Below, piece after piece: positions 37,337 to 46,394 of a stretch of 64,000 nucleotides of DNA. Positions within the stretch are counted from its first letter, which is position 1. Each line of letters begins with the position of its first letter. The stretch is from Arenicellales bacterium (GTDB lineage: Bacteria; Pseudomonadota; Gammaproteobacteria; Arenicellales; JAJDZL01), in NCBI GenBank assembly GCA_965213865.1, contig OZ243928.1, positions 1,791,384-1,855,383 on the forward strand. The letters run 5' to 3'. A model generated the notes under the pieces. It had not been told where the DNA came from and searched no databases. It worked only from the letters and a program-made list of their open reading frames with translations. A program made the position numbers and the translations under genes.

Positions 37337-38525
37337 CTATCTCTCCTCGGATGCAGCGATCATAAAGGCTTTCAAATTTGTCTTGCGACATGTCAACCGG
37401 ATTGGTCAAGGTCGGCGGGTCGGCGATCGCCATGGCTGCGAATTTCTCAATATGAGTATCTTGCATGCCCAGCTGCGCAAGGGTGTGCGGGATGCCGATC
37501 GTGCTGCGCAGATCAAGCACCCATGAGATCACGGCATCCGCCGACGGGTTGGGCAGGTCCAGATAGCGCGCCAGTGCGGTCAGCTTGTCCTCGATTGAAG
37601 AAGTGTTGAATTCCAGTACATAGGGCATAACAACCGCATTTGTGGTGCCGTGATGGGTGCCCAGGATTGAACCGCACGGGTGAGACAGGCTGTGCATGGC
37701 GCCGAGCCCTTTTTGGAATGCGGTTGCGCCCATCGACGAAGCGACTTGCATCTGCGCACGGGCCTCGATGTTGCTCCCGTCGGCGCAAGCGGCTTCCAGC
37801 CAGTCGCGAATCAAGCGCATGCCTTCAAGCGCAATGCCTTGTGCCAATGGGTGAAATACGGGGCTGCAATAGGCCTCCAAATTATGCGATAAAGCGTCCA
37901 TGCCGACTCCAGCTGTCAAAAGAGGCGGCAGTCCAACCGTCACCTCCGGGTCCAGTATCACGCACACCGGCAGCATCTTCGGGTGAAATATGATTTTCTT
38001 GGTCTGGTCTTGCAGATCAGTGATAACTGAGGCGCGGCCAACTTCTGAGCCGGTGCCTGAAGTCGTGGGGATAGCGATAGATGGCGCGATCGCATCTGCA
38101 TTGGCTCGAAGATGCCAGTCTTCACGATCCTCAAAATCCCACATCGGCCGCGTTTGGCCAGCCATCAAGGCAATCGCCTTGGCAACATCCATGGCGCTGC
38201 CGCCGCCGACTGCCAGCACGCCATCGTGTGCGGCACTCTTGAATTGGGCAACACCCTGCGTCACATTGCTTTCGATCGGGTTGGCCTGCAAATCGCTGTA
38301 GACCGAGCAGTTCTCAAGCTGTGCCTGGCAGATGCTCTCAATGGTTTTGACAGCCGGCAGCTCGATCAGGCCGGGATCAGTGACCAGCAGGGGGCTGGTG
38401 ATGCCGAATTCCTGGCAGATATCCGCAGTCTCCTCGATGCGGCCGCTGCCGAAACGAATTGCAGTCGGATAATGCCAATTGATATTGTGCGATTTGCTTG
38501 CGTATGCCATTGATGCTTGCTTCAC
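37326..38525 (-). CDS. Iron-containing alcohol dehydrogenase
   Basis: GGGSAMD, PTTSGTGSE, GMDALSHNLE, HSLSH and HHG. Confidence 0.9.
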   Translation of the reverse strand: MKQASMAYASKSHNINWHYPTAIRFGSGRIEETADICQEFGITSPLLVTDPGLIELPAVKTIESICQAQLENCSVYSDLQANPIESNVTQGVAQFKSAAHDGVLAVGGGSAMDVAKAIALMAGQTRPMWDFEDREDWHLRANADAIAPSIAIPTTSGTGSEVGRASVITDLQDQTKKIIFHPKMLPVCVILDPEVTVGLPPLLTAGVGMDALSHNLEAYCSPVFHPLAQGIALEGMRLIRDWLEAACADGSNIEARAQMQVASSMGATAFQKGLGAMHSLSHPCGSILGTHHGTTNAVVMPYVLEFNTSSIEDKLTALARYLDLPNPSADAVISWVLDLRSTIGIPHTLAQLGMQDTHIEKFAAMAIADPPTLTNPVDMSQDKFESLYDRCIRGEIGVA

Positions 38526-39665
38526 TGTTTTAGAAACGATGCCAGAGTGATGGCCGGCATAAACAGCACTCTACCTGCCGGGTCAGAAATGGGTCCATAG
38601 AGCCGACAGTCCGGCATCGAGATTGATGCATCGATCCGTCCATAATCCTGCTTGATGAGCCTTGGCGAAATTGGTGTGTACGTTACGCCTGCCCTGAGTG
38701 AATATTGTATTGCATACAGCGTCAGGTTTCATCCAAATCGGCACGCTCAGAGCTCAGGGCGAAGACGGGCCGCCGGCTCGGCAAATGCTTGATTACGTCG
38801 TGGCTCTGCCCCGCCAAGTCAATGTGCGCCTGGTCCACTGACGCCCTCGCCGACAAGCGCCTGAGCCCCGCCGCCTGCCGCAGGTCCCGCCTGGCGCACA
38901 GCTCGCGGATGTCTTCCAGGCGCTTGCCGTCGTCGTGCAGCCGATGCAGCACGACACCGGCATCTAAGCGGCGCTGAGCGTCAGCTCTGCCAGCTTGACT
39001 TTCACTCGACGGGTGAATGCAGAGGTTTGTGAAAGCCATATTACTGCTTCGGCAAGCCCGTTTTTGAGTACTCGCAGATCCGCATCCTCGCCGGCGCAGC
39101 TGGTTTTCGATTGGTGAGCATGGATTGCAAAGTGTCGTTTTCGGAATTTTCAATATCGTTCCAGGCCCATTCTGCCATCTCGGGTCGATGCCGCCCGGCC
39201 ATGAAGGCCAGGCCGGCGGTTGCGCGATCAGTTGGCTTGCCAATGGTGAGCATGGCAGCGAGGCTTTTGCCGCAGTCAAAGGTGGCTTGCAGATCCTCGG
39301 TCATTGCGGAATTCGCGAGTTTTCGATTGCCGGTCCATTGATCCAGAGCTGATCTGCGGCTTGATGAACGTGCCTGGCATTCGGAGCGAAGGAATCCCAT
39401 ATGATGGCGGCATGCTGCCTGAGAGCCGTATAAAAACCGCAGTTGATCGGTCAGCCGCGCCATCGAATTGTCCGACTTGGCGGCTTCAATGAAAGATTTT
39501 AGGTCGAGATGGATAATAAATGCTATTGTTATGGATGTCATTTGATGCTGCATGCCGCGCTCCTCTGCGGCTTTGGCAGATGGCAAGTCAGACAGATACG
39601 GGGGCAGCAGGCGCCAATGGCGCGCAAAACCAGATGATCAAACGAGAGCGGTTGCCAGATCGACG

Positions 39666-40853
39666 ATGAAGCAGCGCATTGACCATATTCACCTCAACCC
39701 AATTGGCGGCATCGCAGGCGATATGTTTGCTGCGGCCCTGCTTGATCTTGTTCCGCATCTTGAGGATTCGGTGGTCAAGGCTGTGCAGCAGGTCAAAATT
39801 CTCAAACGGGTCAAGGTTTGCTCTGCGTCCGGCCCGGACTCGAGACTGAAAGGTCGAAGATTCATTGTTGAGCAGCCTGCTGAAGACTATTCTCACGTCC
39901 GCTATACAGAGCTCAAGGATGCGCTTGCGCACAGCGCTCTGCCCGCAAAAGTGCAGGCCGAAGCGCAGCGCCTGCTGCGGCTGCTTGCTCAGGCCGAAGC
40001 GGCGGTCCATGGCGGAGAGCTTGAGGCAGTCGTGCTGCACGAGGCTGGGTCGCTGGACTCGCTCGCGGATATTGTGGCTGCCGCAGTGATCATCGCTGAA
40101 TTGGGTGAGTTGAGCTGGAGCAGCGATCCATTGCCGCGCGGCCGCGGATGGGTGGCGACCGCGCACGGCCAGCTGCCTTTGCCGGCCCCGGCGGTTGCAG
40201 AGCTTTTATCCGGCTGTCCGACTTTTGATGATGGCCGTATGGGCGAGCGGGTCACGCCCACCGGCGCGGCAATCTTGCGAGCGCTGAATCCCAGCTTTGA
40301 GGCGCAGATCACGCCGCTGGAATTGCTGCGGACAGGTGCCGGATTTGGCAGCCGTGAATTTGCTGGAATCCCGAATATGCTGCGCGTCACAGCCTACAGG
40401 CACATTCATCAGCCCATTGGTGAGAAAATTGCGGTCATCAGCTTCGAGGTGGATGACCAGACGCCGGAAGATCTGAGTATCGGCTTGGATCGGCTGCGGC
40501 AGACGGCGGGTGTGCTCGATGTCATGCAGACGGCTGCCATCGGCAAAAAAGGGCGCATGGCTATTCAACTGCAGGTATTGGCGGAGCTTGAGGCCAAAGA
40601 GAAGGTGTTGAAATCATGCTTGAGCGAAACCGCGACGCTGGGGGTGCGCTGGCACATCGCGGAACGCTATGCAGCTGACAGAAAATCGCTGACTTATGAT
40701 CCGGCTGGCAGTGCTGTGCCGGTCAAGCTCGCGTATCGGCCCGGCGGATCGAAGACTGCCAAGGCAGAATCAAGTGCGCTTGCCAATGCCGGCGACTATG
40801 CACAGCGTAAAATTCTCAAGCAGCAGGCAGAACAGGCTGCGCAGAACCGATGA
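39666..40853 (+). CDS. larC: Nickel-pincer cofactor nickel insertase
   Basis: GIAGDM, AEAAVHG, HEAGSLDSLADI, HGQLPLPAPA, ERVTPTGAA, EVDD, KKGR and ETATLGVR. Confidence 0.85.
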   Translation: MKQRIDHIHLNPIGGIAGDMFAAALLDLVPHLEDSVVKAVQQVKILKRVKVCSASGPDSRLKGRRFIVEQPAEDYSHVRYTELKDALAHSALPAKVQAEAQRLLRLLAQAEAAVHGGELEAVVLHEAGSLDSLADIVAAAVIIAELGELSWSSDPLPRGRGWVATAHGQLPLPAPAVAELLSGCPTFDDGRMGERVTPTGAAILRALNPSFEAQITPLELLRTGAGFGSREFAGIPNMLRVTAYRHIHQPIGEKIAVISFEVDDQTPEDLSIGLDRLRQTAGVLDVMQTAAIGKKGRMAIQLQVLAELEAKEKVLKSCLSETATLGVRWHIAERYAADRKSLTYDPAGSAVPVKLAYRPGGSKTAKAESSALANAGDYAQRKILKQQAEQAAQNR

Positions 40854-40886
40854 TGGAGCCGGTCGGTCCATTGTGATTTTGCAAGA

Positions 40887-41735
40887 GTGACGAACATGAA
40901 TGCTTGCACCCCATCCGCAAGTCCTGCGGCAGGCCTGGCGCTCGCTCAGCTGCGCTCGTCACTCGCTAAACTCAGTTCTGTCTCGGTCGCTGTGAGCGGC
41001 GGTATTGACAGCATGGTATTGGCGGTGGTTGCCGGCCGTCTTCTGGGGAGAAACGCCCGCATGATGCATGCTGTCTCGCCGGCTGTGCCGCGGCTGGCGA
41101 CTCAGCGGGTAGAGTGCTATGCCGAACAGGAGCGCTGGCATCTGCAAGTGTGTGATGCCGGTGAGTTTGGTGACGGGCGCTATGTCCAGAACCCGATCAA
41201 TCGGTGCTTTTACTGCAAAACGAATCTTTACCGGTACATCGCAGAAAAGCGCCCCGAAAGCATCATTGTCTCTGGCACCAATTGTGACGATTTAAATGAC
41301 TCTCGTCCCGGTCTGCAAGCAGCTCGACAGTTTGGCGTGCGTCATCCGTATGTGGAGGCGGGCATTGCCAAGCGGCAGATTCGCTTGATCGCCCGAGAAC
41401 TTGGGCTGGACGATCTGGCCGAATTGCCAGCGTCGCCGTGTCTTTCAAGCCGTGTCGAAACCGGCATTCCGATCAACGGTCGCGAGCTGCAGGCGGTCGA
41501 TCAGGCAGAAACCGAAATCAGGCGCCTGATTCGCCCCGATACGGTTCGGTGCCGTCTTCGGCATGATTGCATTGGCGTTGAGCTGGATGCGTCTGCCTTC
41601 ACCGCCCTGAGTGACCGTGACCGCTGCGCGATTGAGGCGATCGTGGTCCGAAGCTTCGCGTTTTGCGGTGACTTGCCGCCCATTGTATTTTCTACGTATG
41701 CCATGGGCAGCGCTTTCGTCGCAGAGAACTCGTGA
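40887..41735 (+). CDS. larE: LarE-family PP-loop sulfur transferase
   Basis: SGGIDS, NRCFYCK, GTNCDD, RPGL and SPCLSSR. Confidence 0.85.
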   Translation: MTNMNACTPSASPAAGLALAQLRSSLAKLSSVSVAVSGGIDSMVLAVVAGRLLGRNARMMHAVSPAVPRLATQRVECYAEQERWHLQVCDAGEFGDGRYVQNPINRCFYCKTNLYRYIAEKRPESIIVSGTNCDDLNDSRPGLQAARQFGVRHPYVEAGIAKRQIRLIARELGLDDLAELPASPCLSSRVETGIPINGRELQAVDQAETEIRRLIRPDTVRCRLRHDCIGVELDASAFTALSDRDRCAIEAIVVRSFAFCGDLPPIVFSTYAMGSAFVAENS

Positions 41736-42424
41736 GCCAGTCCGCGCAATACAGGCCTGACTGGGAAAGGCAGTCTCGCATCGGCATCGATGAGGCCGTA
41801 TTTTGTCAATCCAAGTCAGCTGCCCAGGTAGAGCAGATTGTCAGCGCCGCCGCCGAACGCAGGCAAAATCTGCTGCTGACGCGCCTGGCACCGAATGATT
41901 TCGACAAGCTGTCAAAATCAGTCCGCGAGAATCTGGACTATGATGCCTTGTCGCATACCGGCATATTGGGATCGCCAGCCGCGGATCGGCACTATGCAAA
42001 AGCGGCGGTCGTAACCGCCGGAACCTCAGACATCGGTGTCGCCAAAGAAGCAGTGCGGACATTGCATTATCACGGGTGCGGGTGTGAGGAGTATTACGAT
42101 GCCGGTGTTGCCGGCCTGTGGCGAATCCAGCGTATCGCGCCGGCGCTGGGTGACTATCCTGTTGTGATTGTGGTTGCCGGCATGGATGCCGCTCTTGCGA
42201 CTGTCGTCGGCGGCCTGATCGCTCCCGCCATCATCGCGGTACCGACCTCTGTGGGGTATGGTGTTGCGCAACACGGACATGCAGCATTGCACACGGTGCT
42301 GGCCAGTTGTGCGCCCGGTATTGTTGCTGTCAATATCGATAACGGCTACGGCGCGGCCTGCGCTGCCCTGCGCATATTGAACGCCGCAGGCAAAGTGCGC
42401 GACGGTGTTAAAGCTTTACAATGA
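41732..42424 (+). CDS. larB: Nickel-pincer cofactor carboxylase
   Basis: AGTSD, DAGVAGLWR, AGMDAAL, AVPTSVGYG and VNIDNGYGAA. Confidence 0.9.
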   Translation: MSQSAQYRPDWERQSRIGIDEAVFCQSKSAAQVEQIVSAAAERRQNLLLTRLAPNDFDKLSKSVRENLDYDALSHTGILGSPAADRHYAKAAVVTAGTSDIGVAKEAVRTLHYHGCGCEEYYDAGVAGLWRIQRIAPALGDYPVVIVVAGMDAALATVVGGLIAPAIIAVPTSVGYGVAQHGHAALHTVLASCAPGIVAVNIDNGYGAACAALRILNAAGKVRDGVKALQ

Positions 42425-42593
42425 TATCGCGCTGTGACCGGCTTTTCTGAAGCGCCGCCAGCTGCGCATCGGAAGATCCCGATCAGCTGACTGAGCGGAG
42501 CCGGCGCATTTGCATCATCATTGCCGCATGCATGCGGTCAATTCACTGTAAAATCTTCGCTTCTTCGTTGAGAACTTGAATCAGGAAAAAAAG

Positions 42594-43436
42594 ATGGCCA
42601 GCCCATGCATCATTACAGTCGCGATTACCGGAGCCGTACCCACCAAGCAGGACAATCCGGCTGTGCCAGTTGTGCCTCAAGAGCAGATTGAATCGACTCA
42701 TGAAGCATTTGAGGCCGGTGCCTCGCTAGTTCATATTCATGTGCGAAACGAGGATCAGTCATCAGGCTCAGATCCGCAAAAATTTGCCGAGATTCAGCGC
42801 GGTGTTGCCAAGCATTGTCCGGGAATGATCATTCAATTCTCAACCGGCGGCCGCGGCCGGGCCCTGGAACAGCGCGGCGCGATGCTCAGCCTCAAGCCTG
42901 ATATGGCATCGCTGGCAACCGGCTCGGTCAACTTTCCGTCTTCAGTTTACGAGAATCCGCCCGATTTCGTCAAGGATTTGGCGGCGGCGATGCTGCGCTA
43001 TGGCATCAAGCCGGAAGTTGAGATTTTCGATGCGGCGATGCTGTACAGCGCCGCTGCGCTGGTCCAAGAAAACCTGCTTGCTGAACCCGTTCATGTGCAG
43101 TTTGTGCTCGGCATTCCCAACGCTTTGCCCGCTCGACGCAAGCTGCTTGAATTCATGATTTCGGAATTGCACGAGGTGCTGCCTGGCGCAACTTGGACCG
43201 CGGCTGGCATCGGACGCTATCAGTTTGAGGTGAATCAATGGTGTCTTGAGCTCGGCGGCCACTGCCGTACTGGCCTTGAGGATAATATCCGCTATGATCG
43301 GCATCGACTGGCTGCAAGCAATGCGGAGCTGGTGGAGAAAATCGTTGATATCGCAGCCGGCTATGACCGTGTGCCAGCCACGCCGGAACAGGCTCGGCAG
43401 GCGCTGGGTCTGCCGCCCGCGTCAGCATTGCAATAA
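42594..43436 (+). CDS. Beta-keto acid cleavage enzyme (BKACE / Kce family)
   Basis: ITVAITG, HIHVR, STGG, GSVNF, PEVEIFD and RTGLEDN. Confidence 0.9.
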   Translation: MASPCIITVAITGAVPTKQDNPAVPVVPQEQIESTHEAFEAGASLVHIHVRNEDQSSGSDPQKFAEIQRGVAKHCPGMIIQFSTGGRGRALEQRGAMLSLKPDMASLATGSVNFPSSVYENPPDFVKDLAAAMLRYGIKPEVEIFDAAMLYSAAALVQENLLAEPVHVQFVLGIPNALPARRKLLEFMISELHEVLPGATWTAAGIGRYQFEVNQWCLELGGHCRTGLEDNIRYDRHRLAASNAELVEKIVDIAAGYDRVPATPEQARQALGLPPASALQ

Positions 43437-43552
43437 CCATGGAACAATTGTCCGATTGGGTACAATCTTGCGCACATCTGCGACGCGGGAGGCGCATTGC
43501 AATGGCGCCTCGCGGTTTCGCCAATGACTGAGCACAACTTGAGCAGACTGAC

Positions 43553-44263
43553 ATGTATGACCTTTACTACTGGATCACGCCCAATGGTCACAAAGTGACA
43601 ATGCTTTTGGAGGAATTGGCTGTTGACTATGCCATCAAGCCGGTCAATATCGGCAAGGCGGAGCAGTTCGAGCCAGCGTTTCTGAAACTGTCGCCGAACA
43701 ACAGAATTCCGGCCTTGCTGGACTCAAGTCCGGAAAACGGCAGTGCGCCGATTTCGCTGTTCGAATCGGGCGCCATCTTGCTGTATCTGGCGGAAAAGCA
43801 CAGGCAGTTTATTCCAGCTGCGATCAAGGGTCGCGCCCAGGTGCTGCAGTGGCTGTTTTGGCAAATGGGCGGTTTGGGGCCCATGTGCGGACAGGCGCAC
43901 CATTTCGTGAGCTATGCGGATGAGGAAATCCCTTATGCGATTCAGCGCTATGTTGCGGAAGTGTCCCGGCTGTATCAGGTGCTGGATTTCCAGCTGGCTG
44001 GGCGGGAATATATCTGCGGAGACTATTCGATCGCAGATATGGCGTGCTATCCCTGGATTGTTCCATATGAGCGGCAGCGCCAGGATCTGGAGCAGTTCGA
44101 AAATCTTAAGCGCTGGCATGACGCAATCAAGGCCCGGCCGGCGACGATTCGAGCGTACGCGCGGGCCGAGCAATACCGGGCGGACAGCTTGTCGATGTCA
44201 GACGAGGAGAAAAAAGTGCTGTTCTCACAGGACGCCGCCACACTGCGAAACCTGAAGACCTAG
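43553..44263 (+). CDS. Glutathione S-transferase / disulfide oxidoreductase (YfcG-like)
   Basis: TPNGHK, PNNRIP, FESGAILLYLAEK, WQMGGLGPM and SIADMA. Confidence 0.9.
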   Translation: MYDLYYWITPNGHKVTMLLEELAVDYAIKPVNIGKAEQFEPAFLKLSPNNRIPALLDSSPENGSAPISLFESGAILLYLAEKHRQFIPAAIKGRAQVLQWLFWQMGGLGPMCGQAHHFVSYADEEIPYAIQRYVAEVSRLYQVLDFQLAGREYICGDYSIADMACYPWIVPYERQRQDLEQFENLKRWHDAIKARPATIRAYARAEQYRADSLSMSDEEKKVLFSQDAATLRNLKT

Positions 44264-44284
44264 CGCCTGGTCAGGGCAGCGGTC

Positions 44285-45430
44285 ATGATGCAGGCGCAAG
44301 CCGGCCCGCTCGAGGGTCTCGTTGTTGCTGACTTTACGACACTGGCGCCGGGTCCCCTGGCATCGCTGATCCTGTCGAATTGCGGCGCCGCCGTCATCAA
44401 GATTGAGCGTCCGCCCCGCGGCGATGAAATGCGAGATTATGAGCATGCGTTCGCAGACAAGGGCGTGACGTTCGCGCTGCTGAATGCCGGCAAGCGCAGT
44501 CTTGCCGTGGACCTCAAGACAGCAGATGGATTGAATCAGGTCAAGGAGCTGATTCGTGACTGCGATGTGGTGCTAGAGCAGTTTCGCCCGGGTGTCATGG
44601 CGAGGCTTGGATTGGACTACGGAACTTTGCAACAGATCAATTCGCGGCTGATTTACTGCTCCATTACCGGGTTCGGGCAAAGCGGACCGAAATCCCAGGT
44701 TGCGGCGCATGACCTGAACTACGCGGCCGATACCGGTCTTTTGGCCTGCGGCGCTGAACAGGCCGGCAAGCCAGCGATTCCGCAGCTGCTTGCGGCTGAC
44801 TTGGCAGGCGGAACCTATCCGGCGGTGATGAATATCCTGCTGGCTTTGCAGCAGCGGCATCGAACCGGCGAGGGTGCCTGCATTGACATCTCAATGACGG
44901 ACTGCCTGTTTCCGCTGATGTTTTGGGGACTTGGCTCGGGCTGGGGCGCTGGCGCCTGGCCGCAAAATGGCAATCATTTGCTCACCGGCGCCTCACCGCG
45001 CTATCAGGTTTACATCACCGCCGACGGCCGCCACTTGGCAGTGGCTGCCGTTGAAGAGCGGTTTTGGGTGAAATTCTGCGAATTGGTTGACTATCACGCC
45101 GATGCCAGGCTGGAGCGTGAAGAGCCTCGTCAGGTCATCGGGCAGATCAGCCAGATTATTGCGTCCCGCGATGCCGAGCATTGGCGCGGTGTTTTTGCGG
45201 GGCGCGATGCCTGTGCGCTTATTGCCAACACCCTCGAAGAAGCAGTGGCTGACCCGCATTACCGGGCCCGCGGTGTATTTGGCCGCCAGATCAGAACCCA
45301 GGCTGGCGAGCGAATCAATGCATTGCCAATGCCGATTGTGAGTGCGCTGCAGCGGGATTTTGAAACGCCCTCGAGAGTGCCGAATCTGGGCAGCTGGAAC
45401 AGCCTGCGGCCAGCGGATGCAGATGGATAA
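44285..45430 (+). CDS. CaiB/BaiF family III CoA transferase
   Basis: LAPGP, IKIE, NAGKRS, EQFRPGVMARLG, ITGFGQ and HDLNY. Confidence 0.9.
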   Translation: MMQAQAGPLEGLVVADFTTLAPGPLASLILSNCGAAVIKIERPPRGDEMRDYEHAFADKGVTFALLNAGKRSLAVDLKTADGLNQVKELIRDCDVVLEQFRPGVMARLGLDYGTLQQINSRLIYCSITGFGQSGPKSQVAAHDLNYAADTGLLACGAEQAGKPAIPQLLAADLAGGTYPAVMNILLALQQRHRTGEGACIDISMTDCLFPLMFWGLGSGWGAGAWPQNGNHLLTGASPRYQVYITADGRHLAVAAVEERFWVKFCELVDYHADARLEREEPRQVIGQISQIIASRDAEHWRGVFAGRDACALIANTLEEAVADPHYRARGVFGRQIRTQAGERINALPMPIVSALQRDFETPSRVPNLGSWNSLRPADADG

Positions 45431-46394
45431 ATTGCAGTGTATTGGAGTCGTGGGGGCTGGCCTGATTGGCTCGGGCTGGATCTCGCGATGCTCAGCTCGC
45501 GGCATCCAGGTGATCGCCTGCGATTCGGCTCCGAATGGCGAGGATGCCATGCACATGCATCTGGACAATGCCTGGCCAGCATTGGAAAAGCTGGGCTTTT
45601 GCCGCAGTGAGGCGCCGACGGTGCAATTTACGTCTGATCTAGAGCGGCTGGCGCGAGAGGCTGATTTTATTCAGGAGAGCATTCCCGAGGTGCTTGAGCT
45701 CAAGACACAAATGCATGCCGATATTGATCGCTATGCCGCATCCGAGGTGATTATCGCCTCAAGCTCGTCGGGACTGCTGCCTTCGCAGTTTCAGTCACAA
45801 GCGCAGCATCCGCAAAGAATCGTTGTGGGGCATCCGTTCAATCCGGTCTATATTCTGCCGCTGGTGGAAATCGTCAAGGGCCGGCTGACCAGCGATGCGG
45901 CTGCCTGCAAGGCGGCAGACTTCTACCGGTCAATCGGCATGCATCCGCTGATGGTGCGCAAGGAAGTGCCGGGCTATGTCTCGGATCGGCTGCAGGAAGC
46001 GCTGTGGCGCGAGACTTTGCATATGATTGCCGATGGCGTGGCCACCACCGAAGACATTGATGATGCGATTGTCTATGGTCCGGGATTGCGCTGGGCGATT
46101 ATGGGTGTCTGTCTCACTTTCCACCTCGCCGGCGGCGAGCAGGGCATGCGCCATATGCTCAAGCAGTTCGGCCCGGCTCTTGAGCTGCCTTGGACGCACA
46201 TGCAAGCGCCGCCGCTGACCGCTGAGCTGGTGGATCGCATGGTCGACGGCACTCAGCGCCAGGCTGGCTCCCGTTCAATTCGTGCGCTTGAGCAATTGCG
46301 AGATGAATGTCTGATCGATATTCTGGATGTCCTGCATAAGCATGACTGCTCGGCTGGCACCAGCGCCTATCGCAGAAAAGATTCAGTTGAATAG
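45417..46394 (+). CDS. lcdH: L-carnitine dehydrogenase (3-hydroxyacyl-CoA DH family)
   Basis: GAGLIGSGW, QESIPE, SSSSGLLP, GHPFNPVYILPLVE, DRLQEALWRE, GPGLRWA and QFGPALELPWT. Confidence 0.8.
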   Translation: MQMDKLQCIGVVGAGLIGSGWISRCSARGIQVIACDSAPNGEDAMHMHLDNAWPALEKLGFCRSEAPTVQFTSDLERLAREADFIQESIPEVLELKTQMHADIDRYAASEVIIASSSSGLLPSQFQSQAQHPQRIVVGHPFNPVYILPLVEIVKGRLTSDAAACKAADFYRSIGMHPLMVRKEVPGYVSDRLQEALWRETLHMIADGVATTEDIDDAIVYGPGLRWAIMGVCLTFHLAGGEQGMRHMLKQFGPALELPWTHMQAPPLTAELVDRMVDGTQRQAGSRSIRALEQLRDECLIDILDVLHKHDCSAGTSAYRRKDSVE

